Assembly (NCBI GenBank): GCA_018896525.1
Contig: JAHIMR010000054.1
Span: forward strand, 1 to 34,968
Length of the DNA stretch: 34,968 nt
Source of the DNA: Actinomycetota bacterium
GTDB lineage: Bacteria > Actinomycetota > Geothermincolia > Fen-727 > Anoxymicrobiaceae
Reading direction: 5' to 3'
Every line of letters begins with the position of its first letter. Position 1 is the first letter of the stretch. Positions 17,382 through 25,319 of the stretch are shown here, in pieces. The position numbers and the translations under genes are program-made. The notes under the pieces are model-generated. The model was not told the origin of the DNA, did not search any database, and worked only from the letters and a program-made list of their open reading frames with translations.

Positions 17382-19355
17382 ATGGGAGAAACAGTAACCG
17401 GAATCGTATTGGTGGTCGTGTTCCTGTTCATCGTCCTTATCCTTCCTTCCATCAGGAAAATCGGTGCCACCCAGGTCGGGCTTGTCACCAAACGCTTCAG
17501 CTTCAAGAAGCTCTCCGATGACAACCCGGTGGCGTTCAAGGGGGAAGCGGGCTACCAGTCCGAACTGCTCATGCCGGGCTTCCGGTGGAAGTTCTGGATT
17601 ATGTACCGGGTACAGAAGTTCCCCTGGGTGCAGGTGCCCGCCGATGAGATCGGGGTCGTCATCGCCCAGGTCGGCCTGCCCTTACCCATCGGCGCCAAGT
17701 CCGCTGTTTTCAAAAGTGAGTTCGCTAACTTCAGCGACCTGGAACTGTTCGTCGCCGGCGGCGGCCAGAAGGGCGTCCAGCGCCCGGTGCTTCCCCCGGG
17801 GAGCACCGCGCCGATACACCCTGTGGGCTTCCTGGTGCTCACCAAGTCCCAGGTGTACGGGGTGCCGATCATCTCTGAACTGGAGCAGTACATACTTGAG
17901 CACGGGCGGCTGACACCAGAGGCATTCGGGCTGCTCCCCATGCAGTGCGAGCTGGTCAGGATAGTCCCCCAGCCGGGTGGCCCGGACGGAGGGCTGGTGG
18001 ACATGGTTGGAATCGTGACCACCTACGAGGGCGATCCGCTGCCGCCGGGGGACATCGCCAGCCGCCTGGGAGGGTTCGCCGACCTTGAACATACCGAGGC
18101 CGAAGACGCTCCCGACCCGGAACTCGTGGAGACGGTCCTGGGGAGCAAGAACAACCTGCACAACAACTACCAGGATTACCAGGCGTTCCTGGACAACGGG
18201 GGCCGGATCGGCCTGCAGCACGACCCGCTGCTGTACGGAGCCTACGCGCTGAACCCGTTCCTGGTCAGCGTTGAACTGGTGCCGATGCTGGTGGTCGAGC
18301 AGGGGCAGGTGGCGGTCATTAAGGCCTACGTGGGCCTCGCCACCATGGACACCTCCGGCGCCGGCTTCAAGTTCGGTTCGCTGGTCCGCCCCGGACACCG
18401 GGGCATCTGGGAAGAGCCGCTTCGCACCGGGAAGTACCCCATCAACCCCCGGTGCTACCAGGCGGAGATAGTCCCCACCGAGATAATCACCCTCAACTGG
18501 GCCGAGGCGGTCTCCGAGGCCCACCACCTGGACCGGCAGCTAAGCCAGATAATCGGTAAGAGCAGGGAGGGCTTCATTTTCGCCATCGACCTCCAGGTGC
18601 AGATACACGTCCCCGACACCAGGGCGCCGAAGGTGATATCCATGGTGGGAACGATGCAGAACCTGGTCAACGAGGTGCTCCAGGCGGCGGTGGGCAACCA
18701 CTTCAGGGACAAGCTCCAGAGCATGCCCGCGGTCCTGTTCATCGAGACCCGCCAGGAGGTCCAGGAACAGGCCTTTGAGTACATAAGGGCCAAGCTGGAT
18801 GATTACGAGGTGGTCACCCGGGGAGTCTATATACAGGACGTGGTGTTCCCCGAGAGAATGGTCAAGGTGCTCACCGAAAGAGAGATAGCCCACCAGGAGA
18901 TAGAGACCTACCAGAAGCAGAGGGCGGCGCAGGAACAGAGGATAGAGACGGAGCAGGCCAGGGGAACCGCCGATATGCAGGCCGACCTGGCGAAAGCCAA
19001 GGTCGGTGTCGACATAAAGACCAACGACGCCAAGGCCAGGAAAGCGGAGGCCGACGGCGAGGCGACCTACATCCGCGAGACCGGGGCCGCCATGGGCGCC
19101 GAGGTCGAGGCGGTAGGCATGGCCCGTGCCAAGGCGTACCTGGCCCAGGTCGAGGCGCTGGGCAGCGTCCCCACCGCGGTGGTCAACGCTGTTGACGCCC
19201 TCTCCCGCAGCGGCGAGCGGTTCGTTCCCGAGATCCTTGTCGCCGGAGGCGGTGGCGGTGGCGTTCTCGAAGGGCTCGCGGCTCAGATAATGAAAGCCAT
19301 CGGCGTCAGCCAGGCCGAAAAGGCGGAGGACACCCCGCCGCCGGACACGATTTAA
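17382..19355 (+). CDS. Flotillin-family SPFH/band-7 protein
   Basis: It has an N-terminal TM helix, an SPFH domain, and a long Ala/Glu/Gln-rich coiled-coil flotillin tail (EREIAHQEIETYQKQRAAQEQRIETEQARGTADMQADLAKAKVG...). An AAAGGAG RBS lies 7 nt upstream. Confidence 0.85.
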   Translation: MGETVTGIVLVVVFLFIVLILPSIRKIGATQVGLVTKRFSFKKLSDDNPVAFKGEAGYQSELLMPGFRWKFWIMYRVQKFPWVQVPADEIGVVIAQVGLPLPIGAKSAVFKSEFANFSDLELFVAGGGQKGVQRPVLPPGSTAPIHPVGFLVLTKSQVYGVPIISELEQYILEHGRLTPEAFGLLPMQCELVRIVPQPGGPDGGLVDMVGIVTTYEGDPLPPGDIASRLGGFADLEHTEAEDAPDPELVETVLGSKNNLHNNYQDYQAFLDNGGRIGLQHDPLLYGAYALNPFLVSVELVPMLVVEQGQVAVIKAYVGLATMDTSGAGFKFGSLVRPGHRGIWEEPLRTGKYPINPRCYQAEIVPTEIITLNWAEAVSEAHHLDRQLSQIIGKSREGFIFAIDLQVQIHVPDTRAPKVISMVGTMQNLVNEVLQAAVGNHFRDKLQSMPAVLFIETRQEVQEQAFEYIRAKLDDYEVVTRGVYIQDVVFPERMVKVLTEREIAHQEIETYQKQRAAQEQRIETEQARGTADMQADLAKAKVGVDIKTNDAKARKAEADGEATYIRETGAAMGAEVEAVGMARAKAYLAQVEALGSVPTAVVNAVDALSRSGERFVPEILVAGGGGGGVLEGLAAQIMKAIGVSQAEKAEDTPPPDTI

Positions 19356-19432
19356 ATATAGGCTCAAACCCGCATCCGGGACCGCGCTGTTCCCCGTAGC
19401 GCGGGCATCCTGCCGGCATTCGTGGCCGTGAC

Positions 19433-19660
19433 ATGCCGCCTGGAAGGCGGCTACCCCCACCTCAATCCTCCCCCGGGAACCCCCCCCCCATCCTAACCTT
19501 CCCCCAACCCCTAAGACCCCCCATCCCGGCCTTCCCCCCAGTGGGGGGAAGGAGCGGAGGGGGAAGGAAGGGTCAGGGGGGAAGGAGCGGAGGGAAAGGG
19601 AATGCCGGCAAGGTGCCGGCGCTACGGGGTGGGGGAGGGGGGTAAGACCTCATCACTCGG
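19433..19660. repeat. Low-complexity tract: ~95 bp poly-pyrimidine (C-rich) followed by ~110 bp poly-purine (G-rich), centred on the perfect palindrome CCTTCCCCCC-AGT-GGGGGGAAGG. It contains two direct copies of GGGGGGAAGGAGCGGAGGG and an embedded REP-like unit.
   Basis: Seen directly in the sequence. The C-runs give i-motif potential and the G-runs give G-quadruplex potential on the same strand. A 10-bp perfect hairpin core has imperfect extended complementarity. The tract lies 80 bp downstream of the flotillin stop. Confidence 0.6.
19600..19625. repeat. REP-like element (GAATGCCGGCAAGGTGCCGGCGCTAC)
   Basis: It matches the dispersed consensus and is embedded in the G-rich tract. Confidence 0.7.
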
Positions 19661-19787
19661 GGGATGCCCTCTCATACCAAAAGTACCGGTTTTTCAACCA
19701 TGTGGTTGACCAGTCTCGCGCCCTGTCATCCGACTCCATAAGTAGGAACTGAAATCGTGGCTGTGTGGATGGAAGGGGGTAGTTAAG

Positions 19788-20000
19788 ATGAGTCGCCGTG
19801 TACTGGTCATCATTATCTGCTCCCTGGTCCTGGCAGTATTAATCCTCTCGGCAAGCGCTGTCCAAGGCGAGGGTACATCTGTTTCGGTCAATATGACCAT
19901 GGCCAGGACGATACAGGTGGTGAACGGGGGCGAGTGCCGTTCGAACGTGCCGGTTGTTCGTCAGGTCTGCGGTGGGTTTGTTACTTTCATCTCCCGTTGA
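19788..20000 (+). CDS. Hypothetical small secreted protein (70 aa; signal peptide; two Cys)
   Basis: The N-terminus is MSRRVLVIIICSLVLAVLILSASAVQGE..., and the mature part contains ...GGECRSNVPVVRQVCGG... A GAAGGGGG RBS lies 8 nt upstream. It is convergent with the paralog cluster. There is no homology call, so it may be spurious. Confidence 0.35.
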   Translation: MSRRVLVIIICSLVLAVLILSASAVQGEGTSVSVNMTMARTIQVVNGGECRSNVPVVRQVCGGFVTFISR

Positions 20001-20044
20001 ACAACCTTCGGAGATCTAACTTGCCTGAACCCTGTTTGCGTTGT

Positions 20045-20998
20045 CTACTTTTCGCCCTTACTTTTCTTTCTCCGGCGCCCCACGAGCTTGAACAGTACGA
20101 ATAACACAGCGAGCGGGACAAGGAAGATGAGGAGCAGGGATGTCGGACAGGTGCTGAAACCGGCCGTCCCGGTCCTGGTGGTGTCAAGCTCCAACAGACT
20201 GGGCCCGTACCGGATGTCGACCTTGACGCTGTATGAGCCCAGCAGTGGAGGGTCGGGGATGACCCCCTGGTAGTACCGCTCGGAATCGGGCAATACGGTC
20301 ATCTCTTTCAGTTCCACCGTGCCGTGGCCCCACCCGAAGGAGGGAGTGTAGGTGAGCTTTCCCCTGATGGTGAGGTGTACGTTCCCCGTGTTCTTGAAGG
20401 CCACGCGATACTTCGGCGGTGACACGGGAAGTCGGAGGAGTTCTTTCGTGGGCCAGAACCACTTGCTCTCAACGGAGACCGATGTTATTTCACCTTCTCG
20501 CAGTATCTCTCCCGGGATGGTAATGAGTGCCAGGGAGGCTATCTGTATAACGTCGGTGCCGCGGTGGGACGTAGCGTCGGTGGTCTCCGGAACCTGCCGA
20601 AAGAGGACCGCCCCGAAGTGCCCCCCCGGCTCCGCGTCGGGCGGTGCGGTGGCGGTGAACCTGCTGACTACCCTCTGTCCCGCCGGCACCGTGAACTCCG
20701 GAACGTCGACGGAGAGCCATTTGGCACAGGAGTACGGGTAATGTCCCGGCTCCTCGAACACGCAGGTGCCTTCGGGCTTGACGTAGAAATCCATAAAATG
20801 GAGTGCAAGCCGCTGGTCCGCGGTGCCGCGGTTTTCGACGTAGATCTCAAACTCCCGCGAGGTGCCCGGTTCCATTGTGAGTTCGAACTTGACCGGGGAC
20901 ACGGCTACGTTGAACTCCTGGGCAACGGCGTGGAGCGCCGGAGCGAAACAGGAGATAACCAGAAATATGAATGCCGAAACTGCCGCTGTCTTTCTCAT
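20045..20998 (-). CDS. Cell-surface protein, paralog C of the cluster. It has a signal peptide, a beta-rich ectodomain and a C-terminal TM anchor (DUF916/DufA-like architecture). It lacks the acidic tail.
   Basis: It is 317 aa. The signal peptide is MRKTAAVSAFIFLVISCFAPALHAVAQEF. Conserved blocks shared with the 421- and 429-aa paralogs are FEEPGHY.YSCA.WLS, PPDAEPGGHFGA, NTGNVHLT..GKLTYTPSFGWG and GSYSVKVDIRYGPS. The C-terminal TM LLLIFLVPLAVLFVLF is followed by RRRKKSKGEK*. The conserved terminal motif survives only out of frame downstream (19987..20070). Confidence 0.8.
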   Translation of the reverse strand: MRKTAAVSAFIFLVISCFAPALHAVAQEFNVAVSPVKFELTMEPGTSREFEIYVENRGTADQRLALHFMDFYVKPEGTCVFEEPGHYPYSCAKWLSVDVPEFTVPAGQRVVSRFTATAPPDAEPGGHFGAVLFRQVPETTDATSHRGTDVIQIASLALITIPGEILREGEITSVSVESKWFWPTKELLRLPVSPPKYRVAFKNTGNVHLTIRGKLTYTPSFGWGHGTVELKEMTVLPDSERYYQGVIPDPPLLGSYSVKVDIRYGPSLLELDTTRTGTAGFSTCPTSLLLIFLVPLAVLFVLFKLVGRRRKKSKGEK

Positions 20999-21015
20999 TG
21001 TTTTCCCATAATAGT

Positions 21016-21046
21016 AGAAATCAAGAGGAGTTGCCTCTTGATTTCT
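21016..21046. promoter_or_regulatory. Perfect 13-bp inverted repeat AGAAATCAAGAGG-AGTTG-CCTCTTGATTTCT. It lies 18 bp upstream of the paralog-C start codon, between paralogs B and C.
   Basis: Seen directly in the sequence. No U-tract follows on the coding strand. It could be an operator or an RNA stem-loop (processing or attenuation). Confidence 0.4.
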
Positions 21047-21117
21047 GAATCCTCTGTCCTTTTCCGCGGGAGTTCACGCCTGCTGGTGTGAGGTCGTTGG
21101 TCATGTCGACGGTGGGA

Positions 21118-22383
21118 TTATTTCTTTCGTCCCCTCTTGAACAACCTTCGGAGATTCAACTTGCCTGAACCCCGTTCGCGGAGTTTCTCTTTTTCCCCGG
21201 GCTCTTTCTGTCCCTCGTCGTCGATGTCGTCTTGCTCACCGCCATCGCCGGAATCCTCGTCCCCGGGTATTTCCTCTTTCTCGTCCTCCAACAGTTCGGC
21301 CCAGAGCTCCTCCAGTCGCGGTTCCTTCTCGCCCCTTTCTTCCTTCTCGCCCGCTTCCACTTCAGGCGCTTTTTTCTTTCGTATGAAGAATCTTACCAAC
21401 TTGACCGCAACGACAGGAAGCGAGATAAGGATGATGAGTGCCAGAAGGAGGAAGGCCGGGTAGACGTTGAAGGCGGCGGAACCGGTCTTAGAAGTATCGA
21501 ACTCGTACATATTGGGGCCGTACATGACTTCAACCGTTACATCGTAGGACCCAAGGAAAGGTGGATCCGGAAGGGTCCCCTCGTAGTATCTCTTAGTGTG
21601 GGGCAAAATCACCATTTCGGGAAGCTGGATAGACCCCATTCCCCAGCCGAAAGAAGGAGTGTAGTACAGCACCCCTTTGGTGGTAAGGTGCACGTTACCG
21701 GTGTTATTGACTACCACCCTGTACCCGGGTGACGACCCTCCGATTACCGGTATCTTCTTGGAAGGCCAGAACCACTCGCTCTGGACCGAAACCGACTCTA
21801 TCTCGCCCTCCCTTACTATTAACCCCGGAATGGTTACCAATACCAGGGCGCCAACCCTGCCGGTTGACCGCACCACCGTTTCACCTTCCACCTCCGGTTG
21901 TAGAATTACTTCAAAAAATATGATGGCGTTATGAGTTCCCGGTTCCGCGTCGGGTGGGACCGCGACCGAAAACGGTATCGTCTCTTCCCGGCCCGCGGGT
22001 AACTCGAACTCCTTTATTTCCGTAGTAATCCACCTCGCGCAGGAAAAGGAGTAATGGCCGGGTTCCTCGAACGAAGTCTTGTTGTCCGGCGTTACCGTGT
22101 AATCCATTTCATAGACTCTTAACCGCAGGTCATTGGTGCTCTTGTTCAACAAATTGATATCAAGAGCCTGGGTGGTGCCGGGTTCTATCGTAAGCTCGTT
22201 TATGGATGGCCATAGCTTGATATCGAATTCCTGCGCAAAGCAGGGCGGACAATGGATGCCGGAAAGCCCCAGCGCGATACTGAGCATTATGGTAATCAGT
22301 ACCGGTTTCTTGATTTTCATGAACAAAGAACAACCGGGACCATTTTGGTCCCGGTTGTTGGGCTTGTTCTTACTCGTAGCCAC
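21118..22383 (-). CDS. Cell-surface protein, paralog B. It has a signal peptide, a beta-rich ectodomain, a TM anchor, a poly-acidic cytoplasmic linker and the conserved terminal motif GSGKLNLRRLFKRGRKK.
   Basis: It is 421 aa. The N-terminal region is MATSKNKPNNRDQNGPGCSLFMKIKKPVLITIMLSIALGLSGIHCPPCFAQEF. The real start may be the internal Met (MKIKKPV...). It has the same conserved blocks as the paralogs. The TM is FLLLALIILISLPVVAV, followed by KLVRFFIRKKK. The E/D-rich linker is about 90 aa, and the terminus reads ...GEKEKLRERGSGKLNLRRLFKRGRKK. Confidence 0.85.
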   Translation of the reverse strand: MATSKNKPNNRDQNGPGCSLFMKIKKPVLITIMLSIALGLSGIHCPPCFAQEFDIKLWPSINELTIEPGTTQALDINLLNKSTNDLRLRVYEMDYTVTPDNKTSFEEPGHYSFSCARWITTEIKEFELPAGREETIPFSVAVPPDAEPGTHNAIIFFEVILQPEVEGETVVRSTGRVGALVLVTIPGLIVREGEIESVSVQSEWFWPSKKIPVIGGSSPGYRVVVNNTGNVHLTTKGVLYYTPSFGWGMGSIQLPEMVILPHTKRYYEGTLPDPPFLGSYDVTVEVMYGPNMYEFDTSKTGSAAFNVYPAFLLLALIILISLPVVAVKLVRFFIRKKKAPEVEAGEKEERGEKEPRLEELWAELLEDEKEEIPGDEDSGDGGEQDDIDDEGQKEPGEKEKLRERGSGKLNLRRLFKRGRKK

Positions 22384-22409
22384 TCGCGCCTAATGCTTCA
22401 AATGCTTCA

Positions 22410-22937
22410 CTAAATCGCGGTTACGGTATAGACCTGGGTCGGAGTTAAGACCGGGAAAGCATAGGGGCCAGCCCATATATTGAAATCTTTGCTCAGTTGG
22501 AAGTTGAAATCCCAGCTCTTGACCCCTCGGTCTCCGTGGGCGAGTAGGACACCCATGTTAGCCTGGAAGCCTCCGGTCGCGACATCGAAGGTGACACCGG
22601 CGGACGGATTATTCTGCAGGAACGTGAACTGAGTATCACCGATAGTCCGCCCTGCAGCGGTTCCGGATCCCGTAAGGATGGGCGTGGTTGTCAACGTGAA
22701 GTTCCACAGCGTGTTGCTCTTTATTGCCACCGCGGAGGTCATTGTCGCGGTGGTCACTGGATCCGTCGGTACGATAGCGCCAAAATCAATAGCGGTAGGA
22801 GTCATAGTGAAATTGAGAGTGGGGCTGTAGGTCGCGGTAACCGTAGGACTCGCTGTCTGCGCAAATCCTCCAACCCCCATAAACGCGATTAGAAGGACAC
22901 CCGCGACAGCACTTGCGATAATAAGCCTCTTCTTCAT
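22410..22937 (-). CDS. Small secreted Thr/Ala-rich beta protein (175 aa), cassette partner of paralog B. It may be a WxL-like or pilin-like surface protein.
   Basis: The N-terminus is MKKRLIIASAVAGVLLIAFMGVGGFAQTA (signal peptide). The mature part is Thr-rich (...AVAIKSNTLWNFTLTTTP...NIWAGPYAFPVLTPTQVYTVTAI). It shares the blocks AVxxKSNxxW and a C-terminal aromatic/W motif with the 166-aa protein at 24691..25191. The start ATG is at 22937, with a GGAGGTG RBS. The long ORF extends to 22964. Confidence 0.75.
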   Translation of the reverse strand: MKKRLIIASAVAGVLLIAFMGVGGFAQTASPTVTATYSPTLNFTMTPTAIDFGAIVPTDPVTTATMTSAVAIKSNTLWNFTLTTTPILTGSGTAAGRTIGDTQFTFLQNNPSAGVTFDVATGGFQANMGVLLAHGDRGVKSWDFNFQLSKDFNIWAGPYAFPVLTPTQVYTVTAI

Positions 22938-22994
22938 TTCCGCACCTCCTGAATCTCTGACCATTTTACGGTCACCTATGAACTATAATTACAC

Positions 22995-23170
22995 ATTGAT
23001 TATAACGGCACTTATGCTCAGCTGTTACTGTTTGAAGGTATTAAGGAACGAACCGGTCATATGAAGTAACGAATGTACCGTGACGGGGAACGAATGACCA
23101 AATGGGGGATAAGAATATATCACCCGATCGGGGGATGAATCCACTCTTTTCCTTGTTTTTCCCCCGAGTG
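22995..23170 (-). promoter_or_regulatory. Conserved cassette leader, copy 1. It has three direct repeats G[GT]AACGAA at 21-bp spacing (23044, 23065, 23086), symmetric elements (GGTCAT...ATGACC, CCGTGACGG, CATATG), and a degenerate GC palindrome followed by a T-rich tract.
   Basis: It is about 80% identical to 25320..25495. It lies 60-230 bp upstream of the small secreted gene at 22937. Confidence 0.5.
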
Positions 23171-23235
23171 AGCGCACGCCTGGTGCCAGGCACCGTTGTT
23201 GCGGGCACCGTTGTTGCGTCATGCAGACGGTGGGC

Positions 23236-24525
23236 TTATTCCTTTCGTCCCCTCTTGAACAACCTTCGGAGATTCAACTTGCCTGAACCCCGTTTGTGGA
23301 GTTTCTCTTTTTCCCCGGGCTCCTTCTGTCCCTCGTCCCCGTTGTCCTCCCGCTCCCCGGCGTCGCCGGAATCCTTTTCATCCTCCTCTGGTAGCACCTC
23401 TTCCTCGACTTCCTCCCCTTCAGATACCTCTTCTCCCCCGGCTTCTTCCTTCTCCTCTTCTTGCTCTTCTTCGGGTTCTTCTTCTGGTTTCTCCTCCCAG
23501 ATAGTCGAAAATGATGTCCAGGATCTCTCTTCTGGCTCCTCCTTTTCCACCTCTTCTTTCCCCGGTGCCTTCTTACCCCGCTTCCGCTTGATGAACACAA
23601 CGGTAGCAGCAATCACCCCCAAGAGGACCAGCACCAGAAGGATTGCCAGAATAGGGTACGAGTTAAATCCGCAACTCATGGTCTTGGTCGTATCAAACTC
23701 AAAGAGGCTGGGGCCGTAAGAGATTTCGGCCTTCAGCTTGTACGAGCCAAAAAGCGGCGGTTTCGGTATTTCTCCCTTAAAATTCCTGGTGGTCCCGGGT
23801 AGCACCGTCGTCTCGGGCAGGTCGATGGTGCCAACTCCCCAGCCGAAAGAGGGTCTATAGGTCAGCTTACCCATAATGGTGAGATGGACGTTCCCCTTGT
23901 TTTCAAAGACCACGCTGTAACGAGTCGGTGAACGGGGAAAAACAGGAAGCCGACGAGTTGGCCAGAGCCAGTTGCTGGTTGCCGAAACCGACTTTATTAC
24001 ACCATCGCGTACTATCTCCCCCGGAACGGTAATCAAGACCATTGCGGCGATGCGGGCTGAGACCTTTACGGGTTCCTCCGCTTCTTCGGGGGCGGCCTGC
24101 TGGAAGATTATAGCCCCGTAGTGCCCACCCGGTTCCGCTTCGGGCGGGACATGCAACCCGAAGGTCTTGGTCGCGCTACTGGTCTCCGCCGTACCGCGAC
24201 CAGGTAACGTGAGTTCGGGGGTCTCGGTGGAGAGCCAGGTAGCACACGAATAAGAGAAATGCCCGGGCTCTTCGTAGACGACAGTGTTGTCGGGCTTCAC
24301 GTAGTAGTCCATGAAGTAGACATCGAGAGCATGGCTCTTTTCGGTGAAGTTTTCAACAGTTATATCGAACTCACTGGAAGCACCCGGATCGGCGGTGAGC
24401 TCCAGCTTGGAGGGAGAAACTCTCACGTGGAACTCTTCCTGGGCGTAGGAGACGGTCGCCGGGAGCGAGATTGAAACGATGAGCGCCAGTAGCAGTGAAA
24501 GCGCGGCTTTTTTCATGGTCTTCAA
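23236..24525 (-). CDS. Cell-surface protein, paralog A. It has a signal peptide, a beta-rich ectodomain, a TM anchor, a poly-acidic cytoplasmic linker and the conserved terminal motif GSGKLNLRRLFKRGRKE.
   Basis: It is 429 aa. The signal peptide is MKTMKKAALSLLLALIVSISLPATVSYAQEEF. It has the conserved paralog blocks. The TM is ILAILLVLVLLGVIAATVVF, followed by IKRKRGKK. The acidic linker reads (EEKPEEEPEEEQEEEKEE...). The last ~80 nt are almost identical to the 3' end of paralog B. Confidence 0.85.
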   Translation of the reverse strand: MKTMKKAALSLLLALIVSISLPATVSYAQEEFHVRVSPSKLELTADPGASSEFDITVENFTEKSHALDVYFMDYYVKPDNTVVYEEPGHFSYSCATWLSTETPELTLPGRGTAETSSATKTFGLHVPPEAEPGGHYGAIIFQQAAPEEAEEPVKVSARIAAMVLITVPGEIVRDGVIKSVSATSNWLWPTRRLPVFPRSPTRYSVVFENKGNVHLTIMGKLTYRPSFGWGVGTIDLPETTVLPGTTRNFKGEIPKPPLFGSYKLKAEISYGPSLFEFDTTKTMSCGFNSYPILAILLVLVLLGVIAATVVFIKRKRGKKAPGKEEVEKEEPEERSWTSFSTIWEEKPEEEPEEEQEEEKEEAGGEEVSEGEEVEEEVLPEEDEKDSGDAGEREDNGDEGQKEPGEKEKLHKRGSGKLNLRRLFKRGRKE

Positions 24526-24690
24526 ATAAAAAAACCCTTCTGTTTTACACGTGTGTGTTTATATCGAAGATCATTACGCTAGCTCAGCTCGGCTCAGTAT
24601 CATAAAAAATTACAAATAATAAGACCGGCTCAATCTACCTGGCTGAGCAAACGTACTATTCAATTGATTTTGTGCGTTGGTCCCGGCTCA

Positions 24691-25191
24691 TCAGTTGCTG
24701 GCGGTATAGGTGTGACTACAGGTGTAGTTAGCGGCCACCTCGAGAAGCCACGCAGCCGCCGGCGTCAGGTCGACCTTGTAGGTGAACTGGCCGTCGAGAT
24801 AAGTTCCCCTTGCACCACTCAGGCATGTACCCGCGATGGTGGGGTATTGAAGGTTGGTGACTCCTGTAGCCCCAGTCGCAGTCGTGGTCAAAGTGAAGTA
24901 GGACGAGGGTATCGTATTTAGACCAGACGTCAGCAAGCCGCCCGTGCTCACCGTAACCGTCCAAGCAGCGTTACTCTTTACCGTTACCGCGAGAACATTG
25001 GTTTGCGAGGTGCCCGGGATAGCAGTAATGGCTGCGGTGCTGGGTATCGAGAATTCAAGCGCCGGGGCAATCCCAACAGTTGGCGTCACGGGGGCGGCTC
25101 CAGCCACCCAGGCTCCCATAAACATAGACAACACAAGCATTCCAACCAGTGTTACACCAGCCAATACGCAAAACTTATGTACCTTCTTCAT
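24691..25191 (-). CDS. Small secreted Thr/Ala-rich beta protein (166 aa), cassette partner of paralog A
   Basis: The N-terminus is MKKVHKFCVLAGVTLVGMLVLSMFMGAWVAGAAP (signal peptide). It contains ...AVTVKSNAAWTVTVSTGG...PAAAWLLEVAANYTCSHTYTASN. It is paralogous to 22410..22937. A GGAGGTGA RBS lies 7 nt upstream. Confidence 0.75.
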   Translation of the reverse strand: MKKVHKFCVLAGVTLVGMLVLSMFMGAWVAGAAPVTPTVGIAPALEFSIPSTAAITAIPGTSQTNVLAVTVKSNAAWTVTVSTGGLLTSGLNTIPSSYFTLTTTATGATGVTNLQYPTIAGTCLSGARGTYLDGQFTYKVDLTPAAAWLLEVAANYTCSHTYTASN

Positions 25192-25319
25192 AATCTCTCA
25201 CCTCCTTTCATCCTTTCTCATGAGTCACGAATAATACGTCAGCACTAACTACCTCTAGTACTTACGTACTACCTTCCTCTAATACCTCTAACTGAGGCTT
25301 TTCGTAACAGCCTCCACAC

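Noticed and set aside
23102-23719. A 205-aa plus-strand ORF rich in Ser/Pro
   Set aside because: It is antisense to the acidic-linker region of paralog A and to leader copy 1. It is a low-complexity translation artefact of the E/D-rich coding strand.
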